NCBI GenBank assembly: GCA_046758745.1
Contig: JBHIAV010000065.1
Location: forward strand, 1-12,712
Direction of reading: 5' to 3'
DNA from: Gemmatimonadota bacterium
GTDB taxonomy: Bacteria > Gemmatimonadota > Gemmatimonadetes > Palauibacterales > Palauibacteraceae
Length of the DNA: 12,712 bases
Shown in pieces: positions 1 through 7,860 of this stretch (the first letter of the stretch is position 1; every line of letters starts with the position of its first letter). The position numbers were made by a program, and so were the translations under genes. The notes beneath the pieces were generated by a model that worked only from the letters and a program-made list of their open reading frames with translations, was not told the origin of the DNA and searched no databases.

Positions 1-25
1 GGCGTAACGCCGCCAACCAACACAT

Positions 26-64
26 GAGGAAGGGACCGGTTCCGGTCCCTTCTTTCTTGCTTTT
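26..64 (+). terminator. Rho-independent terminator for a plus-strand gene ending at the left edge of the window
   Basis: Perfect 10-bp stem GAAGGGACCG (29-38) / CGGTCCCTTC (43-52) with a GTTC loop, followed by TTTCTTGCTTTT. Plus-strand stops lie just upstream (TAA 5-7, TGA 25-27). It may also act weakly on the convergent TPR gene. Confidence 0.8.
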
Positions 65-123
65 CCGTCCCCGGCACCGAAGGGCGGGCGCCAGGCGCGA
101 GACGCAGCGCTCTCCTCCGCCCG

Positions 124-3084
124 TCAAACAGAGCAGGAGGCGATTCGATCCGCGACGTCCCGGTGGTCGATGTCCACCCCGAACACCCGCTCGAAGCACT
201 CGAGGGCCCGCGCCCGCTCCCCCAGCGCCTGGTATGCGATGCCCTGCTGATACAGGACGCCCAGCAGCTGCTTGTCGGTGAACCCCTCGAGCGACGAGAC
301 ACGGGAGAGAAGCTTCGTCGCAACTCCGTATCGCTCCTGGGCGATGAAGCACTCCCCGAGCAGCTCGTAGGCGCGCAGCGGATCCTCCAGCCCCCGGATG
401 GCCAGCTGGAACTCCCGAATCGCCTCATCCAGCATATCCATCTGCTTGAAGGCCACGCCCAGCTCGAAGTGCGACTCGTAATCGGTGTCGTCTAGCGTCT
501 CCGTCACTTTGCTTCGGAAGGCATCGAGCATCGCATCGAAATCGAACTCGTCCTCCGCGATCTCGGGATCGAGCCCGTCGCCGGGGACCTCTTCAGTCAG
601 CTCCGCCCGCAGCATCTCGCCCAGGTTGAAGTACGCCGGAGTGCGACGGGCCGACCGTCGCCAAGCCGCGCCGGGCCCGCGTCGCTGGGCCCGCCGCTCC
701 CGGTCCAGCTCGGTCTCGTCGATGTCCTCGATCGCGGCGGCCGCCTCGGCGTTCTCCGGATCGATGTCGAGGATCCGACCGTACACAGCCCGCGCGCTGC
801 TCACCGCACCCTGTCGGCGTAGGCAGGCGGCCAGGTCATGGTAGGAGCGTAGAAGCACGTGCCGATCGTTGGTCATGAACGCGTATTCGACCTTCTGGTG
901 GTACAGCACCACGTCCTCGGGGGTCAGCCTGAGGAGACGGTCGACCACCTCGATCGCCCGGCGGACCTGCCGGCGGGCCTCGTATCCCTCCCGGGCACGA
1001 TCGAGCTCGCGTACGGCACTCTCCAGTTGACCCTCGTCCAGCAGGACCTGCGCGTAGCGCGCGATCGCGTCCGGGTCACCGACCGGTGGCTGGGCCCCTC
1101 GACGCCCACCGGGGAACACCGCGCGTCCGACGTGCGGAGCGCGGAGTACATCCGGCCTGCTGACGGGGGGGGCTTCATCCTCCCGCCGGACGAGCTCGTC
1201 CAGCATGCTGGAGAGCTCCGGCAGCGCCGCCTCCTCGACCGGGGGAGCCGGTCCGTTCGCCTCTCCGGCCGCGGACCCGTCACCGCTTGGCACATCCATC
1301 GCCTCGAGCGCGCGGTTCCCGACTTCCGCGCCGCCACCTTCCCTGACCTGTGCCTCCGCGATCTCCGAGGCGGCGTCCGATGCCGACACTTCCGCGTCGG
1401 CCGTCTCCGCGGCCTCGACCTCGGGCGGGCCGGGACGCACCTGTCCCTCTTCTGGTTCGCCGGCGACGGGTTCGGAGCGGAGCACCGGATCGACCGCCGG
1501 ATCGATCTCGCGGATTCTGTTCTCGATCTCCTGGGCGTCGACGCCGCGGGCCGTCTGCTCGTCCCACAGCTCGAGGAGGAGCGCCAGCGCGCGCGTTGAG
1601 CGACCGGCCTCGTGCAGGTAGTGGAGGAGGTCGAGTCGCTCCTCAAGATCCACCGTAGAGAGGGTCGCGATGTCCTCGATCGCGTCGAGCGCTCGCGCTG
1701 CCAGGACCCTCGGACCGTGTGACGCGACACGGAACTCGCGGGCCGCTTCCGCGATCAGGCCCATCTCGCGATACGCCACGCCGAGCTCGTAGTGCGCCTG
1801 GTAGTCGGTCCGGTGCGCGCTCGCCGCTTGTCGGGCGCGGAACTGCGCCAGTCTGGCCTCGAAGAAGAGCGTGGTGAGGCGGTCCGGTTCCTCCTCGGTC
1901 GGGGCGACCGTCGCCTCTCCCGCCTCCGTTGCTGGTGAGCCGACGGGCGTCGCCTCGGCCGCTGCGACCTCCGCGCCGAGCGCCGTCGCGGCCGGGGGCA
2001 TCCCGTTCTTCGCTTCCGACGGCTGCTTCGACTCCCGGCGCTCCTTAGCCTGAGCGCACTCGTCCAAGGCTTCGCGAGCCGCAGCGAGATACCTCGGGCT
2101 CCCCGTAGCGATCTGGAATTCTGCGATCGCGGCGTCGTACAGACCCATCTCCTTGTACGCGACGCCGAGATCGTAGTGCACGGCGTAGTCGCTCTCCTCG
2201 ACGATCTCGGAGACCGCGTCCCGGAAGCTGGCAAGCATCTCCGCCACCTCGTCATCCGACTCGCTTGGCCCCGGCCATGAGTCGGGAGGGCGTTCCCCGC
2301 CCAATCCCGCCCACTCTCCGCTCGCCAGGTCCATCTCCCGGACGAGAACCGCCCCGAGGTCGACCGTCTCCTCGCCGTGCGCGACGCCATCGCCATCCCC
2401 CACCGGGGCGGGCTCCACCGCAGCTTCGCGGGCGTGTGCCTCGCGGCGGAGGAACTCCTCCGGGGCTCCGGGATCAGCCTCGGGATCGATCTCCACAATC
2501 CGCTGACGCACCGGCTCCGCATCCGCGCGGCGGCGAACCCGCTCTTCCCACACGCGGCGCAGCTCGGCTACGGCGTCCTCCCGGTGGTCCCTTTCGACAA
2601 GTATCTCGACGAAGGAGAGAAGACCGCCATCGTCTGAGGTCGTCTCGGCCAGCTCGTGCATCGCCTCCAGCGCGGCGGCGAGCCCACCCTGCTGCAGCAT
2701 TCGCGTGGCGTACTCCAGGTAGTTCTCGCGCGCCTCCGCCTGGAGCCCGTTCGCGACGTGAAGTCGCCCGAGCACCCGATACATCTCAGTGCGCCCGGGG
2801 GCGAGGCGGAGTGTCTTGTTGCACAGCGCGACGGCGCTCGTGGTGAGGTCCTGAGCGGCGTATCGTTCGACCGCGCGCTCGTAGTAGTTCACGGCGGCGG
2901 CGGTATCCCCCTTCCGGAGATAGAGATCGCCGATCCGGTTGTACAGGCTGAGGTCAGCGGACGCGCTGTCGCTCTCTTCGTCGAGCAGCAGCGCCTGGCG
3001 GTAGAGGTCGATCGCGCGCTCCCAATTCGCGCGCTGCTCGTGGCGTCGTGCTTCGTTCTTGAGCTTCCGAATCTGCGGCTTCAC
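124..3084 (-). CDS. Large cytoplasmic tetratricopeptide-repeat protein, SgmX-like architecture (N-terminal TPR block, acidic linkers, C-terminal HY-x-LG-x-A-x-K-x-M TPR module)
   Basis: 986-aa ORF with a GTG start and GAAGG upstream. Multiple TPR helix pairs (LYNRIGDLYLRKGDTAAAVNYYERA; YELLGECFIAQERYGVATKLLSRV; LYQQGIAYQALGERARALECFERV), Ala/Glu/Pro-rich linkers and no signal peptide. The SgmX resemblance is from recall. Confidence 0.85.
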   Translation of the reverse strand: MKPQIRKLKNEARRHEQRANWERAIDLYRQALLLDEESDSASADLSLYNRIGDLYLRKGDTAAAVNYYERAVERYAAQDLTTSAVALCNKTLRLAPGRTEMYRVLGRLHVANGLQAEARENYLEYATRMLQQGGLAAALEAMHELAETTSDDGGLLSFVEILVERDHREDAVAELRRVWEERVRRRADAEPVRQRIVEIDPEADPGAPEEFLRREAHAREAAVEPAPVGDGDGVAHGEETVDLGAVLVREMDLASGEWAGLGGERPPDSWPGPSESDDEVAEMLASFRDAVSEIVEESDYAVHYDLGVAYKEMGLYDAAIAEFQIATGSPRYLAAAREALDECAQAKERRESKQPSEAKNGMPPAATALGAEVAAAEATPVGSPATEAGEATVAPTEEEPDRLTTLFFEARLAQFRARQAASAHRTDYQAHYELGVAYREMGLIAEAAREFRVASHGPRVLAARALDAIEDIATLSTVDLEERLDLLHYLHEAGRSTRALALLLELWDEQTARGVDAQEIENRIREIDPAVDPVLRSEPVAGEPEEGQVRPGPPEVEAAETADAEVSASDAASEIAEAQVREGGGAEVGNRALEAMDVPSGDGSAAGEANGPAPPVEEAALPELSSMLDELVRREDEAPPVSRPDVLRAPHVGRAVFPGGRRGAQPPVGDPDAIARYAQVLLDEGQLESAVRELDRAREGYEARRQVRRAIEVVDRLLRLTPEDVVLYHQKVEYAFMTNDRHVLLRSYHDLAACLRRQGAVSSARAVYGRILDIDPENAEAAAAIEDIDETELDRERRAQRRGPGAAWRRSARRTPAYFNLGEMLRAELTEEVPGDGLDPEIAEDEFDFDAMLDAFRSKVTETLDDTDYESHFELGVAFKQMDMLDEAIREFQLAIRGLEDPLRAYELLGECFIAQERYGVATKLLSRVSSLEGFTDKQLLGVLYQQGIAYQALGERARALECFERVFGVDIDHRDVADRIASCSV
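400..2238 (-). repeat. Three intragenic copies of a 44-aa module (2107-2238, 1723-1854, 400-531)
   Basis: Gapless manual alignment of MLASFRDAVSEIVEESDYAVHYDLGVAYKEMGLYDAAIAEFQIA / RLAQFRARQAASAHRTDYQAHYELGVAYREMGLIAEAAREFRVA / MLDAFRSKVTETLDDTDYESHFELGVAFKQMDMLDEAIREFQLA. Copy 1 vs 3 is 22/44 identical; copy 1 vs 2 is 21/44. Confidence 0.9.
1486..2622 (-). repeat. Two intragenic copies of a 51-aa helical segment (2470-2622 and 1486-1638)
   Basis: ...LRRVWEERVRRRADAEPVRQRIVEIDPEADP vs ...LLELWDEQTARGVDAQEIENRIREIDPAVDP; 19/51 identical without gaps. Confidence 0.8.
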
Positions 3085-3290
3085 TCGTCAGCGCCTTCAC
3101 CCTCGCGAGAGCGGTCTCCGGGCACTGCCCTGCCCCGAGGCCGCGTCATTTTTTTTCTCCGGATGCAAGAAGTTACGCCTCGGACCCCTGGCCGGGAGCC
3201 ACCTCCGATGCCCATGCTACCCGTCCCGCCTGTGATGGTGGCGGCCGCCCGCGACGAGCCCGCGCCCGCGCCGCTCTGGCCAGCGGGTGA

Positions 3291-3340
3291 TATCTCGTTG
3301 TAAGTGACGGTATCTCTGTTAGTTACTCGAGTCGATCGAC
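3291..3340. promoter_or_regulatory. AT-rich putative protein-binding site cluster upstream of the TPR gene
   Basis: Imperfect palindrome GTAAGTGACGG-N5-CTGTTAGTTAC (3300-3326, 8/11 matches), TATCTC direct repeat at 3291 and 3311, and palindrome GTCGATCGAC (3331-3340). Confidence 0.35.
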
Positions 3341-3364
3341 AGCCGTCCCCACGGCGCCGCGAGC

Positions 3365-3391
3365 TGCGGAACGGCCCGAATCCGTTCCGCA
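3365..3391. other. Perfect 10-bp inverted repeat (hairpin) about 105 bp downstream of lptD
   Basis: TGCGGAACGG-CCCGAAT-CCGTTCCGCA, with an outer pair ACGGCG (3351-3356) / CGCCGT (3392-3397). There is no U-tract on either strand. Confidence 0.45.
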
Positions 3392-3496
3392 CGCCGTCCG
3401 AGCGCAGGAGATCCGGCATTCAGATCGAAGCTCAATGGGAATCCCCCACCCTTCCCGCCTCAAGAACCCGGCCACCCCGGAGCCGTCCGGCGGTGA

Positions 3497-6346
3497 CTAG
3501 CGGCGCGGCGGTTCGGTTCGCTGGTTGTAGTCCACCTTCAGCTCCGGCGCATCTCGCAGGTTCACCAGAACCTGGAAGAGCACGTTCCCGTTGGGAGAGC
3601 GAGCGAACTGAAAGGCGGCATGCCAGCGGTGCAGGTCGCGGTCCAAGCTGATCAGCTGCGAACCGAACTCGCGATCGGTGATGTTGTACTGCGTGGTCCA
3701 GCGTACCGACCAGTGGGGGGTCGGCCGCAAGGAGAGGGTTCCGTCCAGCGTCTGACTCGCCCGGCCCGTCTCGCCGGGCCGGATGCGCAGCAGGGAGTAG
3801 CGCAGTGAGAGGCGCCACGGTCCGGCCCCCGTGCCCGCAGGGAAGGGCCCGTTCCCGTACTGGCTGCTGAACTCCCGCAACCGGTAGCGGGAGTCGAGAT
3901 CCTGGTCGCGCTCCGATCGCGGTGAGCGGCGGGCGCGGCGGCCTCCATCGCCCAGACCGATGATCTCCCCGATGCCGGCACCCGACTGGAAGCTGAAGCT
4001 CGCCGCGAGGCGCGACAGGAAGGGCTTGAACTCTCTCTCCGTTCCCGATCCCTCGAAGAGATCGTGGGTCATGTTGATGGAAAGGCCGCGGAGGAGATCC
4101 GACGTGAAGCTGTTCGTGAGCTGCTCGGTCACCAGAACAGGCTCGCCCCTCTTGGCACGCTCGAAGTCGAACTCGAGGGGAGAGCTGTTGATCGAGAGGA
4201 GGGTGACGATCCGTTCCCGGCGGACCCCGCGCCGCGCCGTCCCTGCGCCCTGCAGCCCGGCCGGCCGACCCCGGGCCGCTCCGCCCTCACTCCGCATCTC
4301 CTCTTCGACCTCGAGCGAGTCGCCGGGGAGTGGCGGCTTGCCCACGGCGAGAGAGTCCGCCCTCCTCTCCTTCGCCTCATCGCCCCGGCCGGCCGCGCCT
4401 GAAGGAGGTGGTTCCTCGGCCTCCCGGACCTTGGCCTCGAACGTCTGGGCCAGGGAGATCGAGAGCCGGTTTCTCGCCGCGCCAGATCGCGTCGGGAAGC
4501 CGGGGATGGCCGCCAAGGCCGAATCGACCTCCACGGCCGGCGAATAGCGCCAGTTGAAGCGGGGCGAGATCTTGTGACGCACCCGGGTGAATGGACCGAA
4601 GCCCGGGAAGAAACCGAAGATGTCCGTCGTCAGGGTGGCTCCGAAGTCGGCCCGCGTGGGAGCCGCCACGAAGTCGTTCATCGTCTCCGGCGATTTGAAC
4701 TGGGCCCCCTCGACGCTGACCGTGGGCCTGAGCGTCGTAGATCCGATGAGGCCGATGTTGTAGTCCGCCGACGTGCGCCAGCGGAGCGTGGTGCGCGAGG
4801 TCGTGGGGAGCTCCGTACCCAGCGAGTCGATCGGCGTGGTGGCGAGGTCGTCGAAGTTCGCCGAAGAGGAGATGTTCAGCTGTCGCAGGCGAAGGCTGTT
4901 GCTGAGCCCGGCGACCGTGCTCGTTTCGTCGGCGGCCGATTCGCGGCTCGTCTCCCTCCGCGTGAAGTTACCGGAGCCGCTCAGCGTCAGGTTGTTGAAC
5001 GCACCCTGGCGACTGCGCGGCGCCGGGAAGAGAGTCACCGGCGAGAAGCTGAAGTTCACGGCGGGAAGGGTCAGCTCGGTCCGGTCCTCGGTCGACAGGA
5101 ACTGGCGCCGCCGGGCGCTGAGAGAGAGATCGGCGAAGGAAAAGCGGTGCGTCAGACCGGCATCCGAGTCGATGGTCTGTGTCTGGAGCCGCGGGTCGAA
5201 AGTGCGGTCGACGAACAGCGTGGTGTTATCGACGAACCGGAGGGAGCCGCGGACTCGCGTGTTCAGGCCGAGCTCCTGGTCATGGTTCCAGCCGATCTCC
5301 AGACTCCGTCCGGTCGCTCCGTAGCTCTGACTGTAGAGGACGTTGCCGCGGATGAACTGCTTCAGGAACCGGTAGCGAAAGGCTCCGTTGATCCGGGTAT
5401 AGTTCCCGCTGAACCAATCCACGGTCGCCTGAGCGTCCAGAAAGTCGTTGATCGCCCAGTAGTATCCGAAGTCCGACACCTGTCGGCGGGCGCTAGCGGA
5501 CGTCTGCACCACGTCGTTGAAGCCGAAGCGCGGGGGCAGCAATCCGCTGTGGCGACCCGGCCTGATGTCCTGAGCAAAGAAGGGAAGCCAGAAGATGGGC
5601 ACGTTGCTCACATAGAGGACGACAGGCCATGCGACGATCACGTTCTGCGTGACCATCTTGATCTGGCCGGCCTTGAAGTAGTAATGCGGTTCCTCGAGAT
5701 CGCACGAGGTGAAAGAGCCATGCGCGACGAACACGGTGTCGCTCGCCTTCGGGATGGCATCGCCGCGCACCCGCCAATTGGCGCCGCGCTCGGCGAACTC
5801 GGTCCGGGCGTCGAAGATGGTCCCCTTGAGGCTCGAGACGTCGTAGTACAGCACCGAATCACTCGTCACCTGCTTTCCGTCCTCGCCGACGAGCGTGATC
5901 CCGCGGCGGGCCGATATGAAGCGCGCCCGGCCCAGGTATCGGATCGTGTCGGCGGTGAGGACGTCGGAGGCATAATTCACCTGGGCGTCTCCCGAGAGCG
6001 CGATGCTCTGTGTCTCGACGCCGAGCCGGACGGTGCGGCCCCGGTACTCGATCGCACGAAATCCCGGCGTGGCGGTAAGCACTCGGAACGTCGAGTCGCG
6101 GGACGGGAAGTCCCCTTCGGTCAGAGCCGCTCGCCTGGCGGCGATGTCGATGGCGGGGAGAGTATCCGGCGCAACCTCCTGTAGTGTATCCTCCGGAAAG
6201 AGAAACTCATCCTCCAGCCTGTCGACGGGCGGAGGACGCTCGCGAAGCCGAGGGCGCTGCCGGCGCAGATCCTGATCCTGCGCGTGGAGGGATGGAACCC
6301 CGACGAGCGACAGGGTCAGCATGAGGAAGGCGGCGCGCCCGCTCAC
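3497..6346 (-). CDS. lptD: LPS-assembly outer-membrane protein LptD (long, Bacteroidota/FCB-like form)
   Basis: 949 aa with a signal peptide (MSGRAAFLMLTLSLVGVPSLHA/Q). LptD motifs FTSCDLEEPHYYF, PVVLYVSNVPIFWLPF, RHSGLLPPRFG and GYYWAINDFLD, amphipathic beta strands, and C-terminal RDLHRW. The GTG start overlaps the tatC stop (GTGA, 6343-6346). Confidence 0.88.
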   Translation of the reverse strand: MSGRAAFLMLTLSLVGVPSLHAQDQDLRRQRPRLRERPPPVDRLEDEFLFPEDTLQEVAPDTLPAIDIAARRAALTEGDFPSRDSTFRVLTATPGFRAIEYRGRTVRLGVETQSIALSGDAQVNYASDVLTADTIRYLGRARFISARRGITLVGEDGKQVTSDSVLYYDVSSLKGTIFDARTEFAERGANWRVRGDAIPKASDTVFVAHGSFTSCDLEEPHYYFKAGQIKMVTQNVIVAWPVVLYVSNVPIFWLPFFAQDIRPGRHSGLLPPRFGFNDVVQTSASARRQVSDFGYYWAINDFLDAQATVDWFSGNYTRINGAFRYRFLKQFIRGNVLYSQSYGATGRSLEIGWNHDQELGLNTRVRGSLRFVDNTTLFVDRTFDPRLQTQTIDSDAGLTHRFSFADLSLSARRRQFLSTEDRTELTLPAVNFSFSPVTLFPAPRSRQGAFNNLTLSGSGNFTRRETSRESAADETSTVAGLSNSLRLRQLNISSSANFDDLATTPIDSLGTELPTTSRTTLRWRTSADYNIGLIGSTTLRPTVSVEGAQFKSPETMNDFVAAPTRADFGATLTTDIFGFFPGFGPFTRVRHKISPRFNWRYSPAVEVDSALAAIPGFPTRSGAARNRLSISLAQTFEAKVREAEEPPPSGAAGRGDEAKERRADSLAVGKPPLPGDSLEVEEEMRSEGGAARGRPAGLQGAGTARRGVRRERIVTLLSINSSPLEFDFERAKRGEPVLVTEQLTNSFTSDLLRGLSINMTHDLFEGSGTEREFKPFLSRLAASFSFQSGAGIGEIIGLGDGGRRARRSPRSERDQDLDSRYRLREFSSQYGNGPFPAGTGAGPWRLSLRYSLLRIRPGETGRASQTLDGTLSLRPTPHWSVRWTTQYNITDREFGSQLISLDRDLHRWHAAFQFARSPNGNVLFQVLVNLRDAPELKVDYNQRTEPPRR

Positions 6347-7137
6347 CCGCCGGCCTCTGCCGCCCCCGCCTCTGCCGTCCCCACCTCACCCGGCTCGCTC
6401 GACAGGAGCGGCTCCCTGCGCCCCACCAGCCGGACCAGCCAGATGGACAGCTCGTACAGGAGGACCATCGGCCCGAGAAGCATCAGCATCGTGCCGATGT
6501 CGGCCGGTGTGAGCACTGCCGATAGGATGGAGAGGACGACCACGGCGTGACGTCGGTACCTCCGGAGCCCCGTCGGAGTGACGATGCCGAGCACACTGAG
6601 CAGCACCAGCAGCACCGGCATCTCGAAGATGAGGCCGAAGGCCAGGATGAGCCGGGTGGCGAACTTCAGGTATTCATCGATCGTGATGATCGGGCTCAGG
6701 CTCTGGGCCTGGAAACCGAGGAGGAACTCCAGGCCCACCGGCAGGGCCACGAAATAGGCCAGCGCGATTCCCGCCAGGAAGAGCGCGAAGCCGATGGCGA
6801 TCGCAGGTACCACGAGCCGGCGCTCGTGCTCGTACAGGGCGGGGGAGAGGAACGCCCAGGCCTGATAGGCGATCACCGGCAGGGCTAGGACGAAACCCAC
6901 CACGAAGGCCAGCTTGAACGTGACCACTATCGGCGTGGTCGGGCTCGTGAACAGGAGATCCTGGTCCGGCATCGCCCTGTGCAACGGACGGGCGAGGACC
7001 CCTATCACGTCCAGACCGGTTACGACAAAGAAGCCGATCACCGACAGGGTAACGAGGGCTGCGAGGCTCCAGATGATCCTCCAGCGGAGCTCCTCGAGGT
7101 GATCGAGAAACGGCATCTCCGCCTGGTTACGCCCCAT
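6343..7137 (-). CDS. tatC: Twin-arginine translocase subunit TatC
   Basis: MPFLDHLEELRWRII, YQAWAFLSPALYEHERR, FGLIFEMPV, AVLTPADIGTM and LLYELSI, with six hydrophobic segments. Purine-rich RBS region (GGGAAGAGAGG) precedes the ATG; an alternative start is at 7116. Confidence 0.97.
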   Translation of the reverse strand: MGRNQAEMPFLDHLEELRWRIIWSLAALVTLSVIGFFVVTGLDVIGVLARPLHRAMPDQDLLFTSPTTPIVVTFKLAFVVGFVLALPVIAYQAWAFLSPALYEHERRLVVPAIAIGFALFLAGIALAYFVALPVGLEFLLGFQAQSLSPIITIDEYLKFATRLILAFGLIFEMPVLLVLLSVLGIVTPTGLRRYRRHAVVVLSILSAVLTPADIGTMLMLLGPMVLLYELSIWLVRLVGRREPLLSSEPGEVGTAEAGAAEAGG

Positions 7138-7288
7138 CCTCTCTTCCCGTTCCTGCTGTCGCGGTTCGGCGCTCCGTAGACGCCGTGGCCAACCGGGAGG
7201 TCACTTCCACCAGCGCGGGCGCGGCCGAGACGGGCGGCACCCGGCGCGGCGACGCGCGCGACGGGACAGAGGTCATCCCCGTGTGGGA

Positions 7289-7807
7289 TTAGCCGTCTGT
7301 GCCGGCTCCGAGGTCGGACTCGAAGAGCTCCCGCTGCCCGCGCGACTCGTACCTGGCCCGCCGGATGAGCTCCCGCACCTCTTCCATGAACTCCGTAGTG
7401 TCCTGAAAGTTGCGGTAGACGGAGGCAAACCGGACGTAGGCCACCTGGTCACGGTCGCGCAGGCGCGCCATCACCAGCTCCCCGATGCGCTGGCTCGTCA
7501 CCTCGCGCTCGTTGGAGGCCTCGAGCTCCTCCTCGGTCTCGTCCACGAGCTCCTCTATCTGGGAGAGCGAGATCGGGCGCTTGGCGAAGGCGATGCTGAT
7601 GCTCCGGAGAAGCTTGGAGCGCTCGTAGGGTTCGCTGGCCCCGGAGCGCTTCCGTACGGTGAGAGGTTCCGCCTCGACGTGCTCGTAGGTGGTGAAGCGG
7701 CGGCCGCACGCAAGACACTCGCGACGGCGACGGATGGCGCGACCGCCGCGACTGGTGCGGGAATCGACGACCCTGTCCTCGGTGTGATCGCAGCTCGGAC
7801 AGCGCAC
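7289..7807 (-). CDS. nrdR: Transcriptional repressor NrdR (Zn ribbon plus ATP cone)
   Basis: MRCPSC...VVDSR...IRRRRECLACGRRFTTYE and DQVAYVRFASVYRNFQD are hallmark motifs; GTG start. Confidence 0.98.
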   Translation of the reverse strand: MRCPSCDHTEDRVVDSRTSRGGRAIRRRRECLACGRRFTTYEHVEAEPLTVRKRSGASEPYERSKLLRSISIAFAKRPISLSQIEELVDETEEELEASNEREVTSQRIGELVMARLRDRDQVAYVRFASVYRNFQDTTEFMEEVRELIRRARYESRGQRELFESDLGAGTDG

Positions 7808-7860
7808 AGGAGCCTTGCCCTGCCTACGCGATGGTGCCGGTTCCCTGCCCGGGACGCCGG

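Noticed and set aside
3163-3180. Possible sigma54 promoter on the minus strand (AGGCGTAACTTCTTGCAT)
   Set aside because: GG-to-GC spacing is 11 nt rather than the required 10, and the TGGCAC box is absent.
3291-3330. dif/Xer site or NrdR box in the AT-rich island
   Set aside because: No XerD arm (TTATGTTAAAT-like) and no match to the NrdR box (acaCwAtATaTwGtgt).
3081-3419. 112-aa minus-strand ORF in the lptD-TPR gap
   Set aside because: Low-complexity Gly/Arg/Ser product with no family features; it runs through the hairpin and AT-rich motifs. Its stop overlaps the TPR start, so it is not fully excluded.
4574-6184. Long plus-strand ORFs (536 aa here; also 7831-8793, 9322-10377, 10791-11864 and others)
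   Set aside because: They are antisense shadows of well-supported minus-strand genes in high-GC DNA, are Arg/Gly/Pro-rich, and show no recognisable motifs.
7127-7276. 49-aa minus-strand ORF between nrdR and tatC as a candidate tatA/tatB
   Set aside because: It translates to MTSVPSRASPRRVPPVSAAPALVEV..., with no N-terminal TM helix, FG hinge or amphipathic helix.
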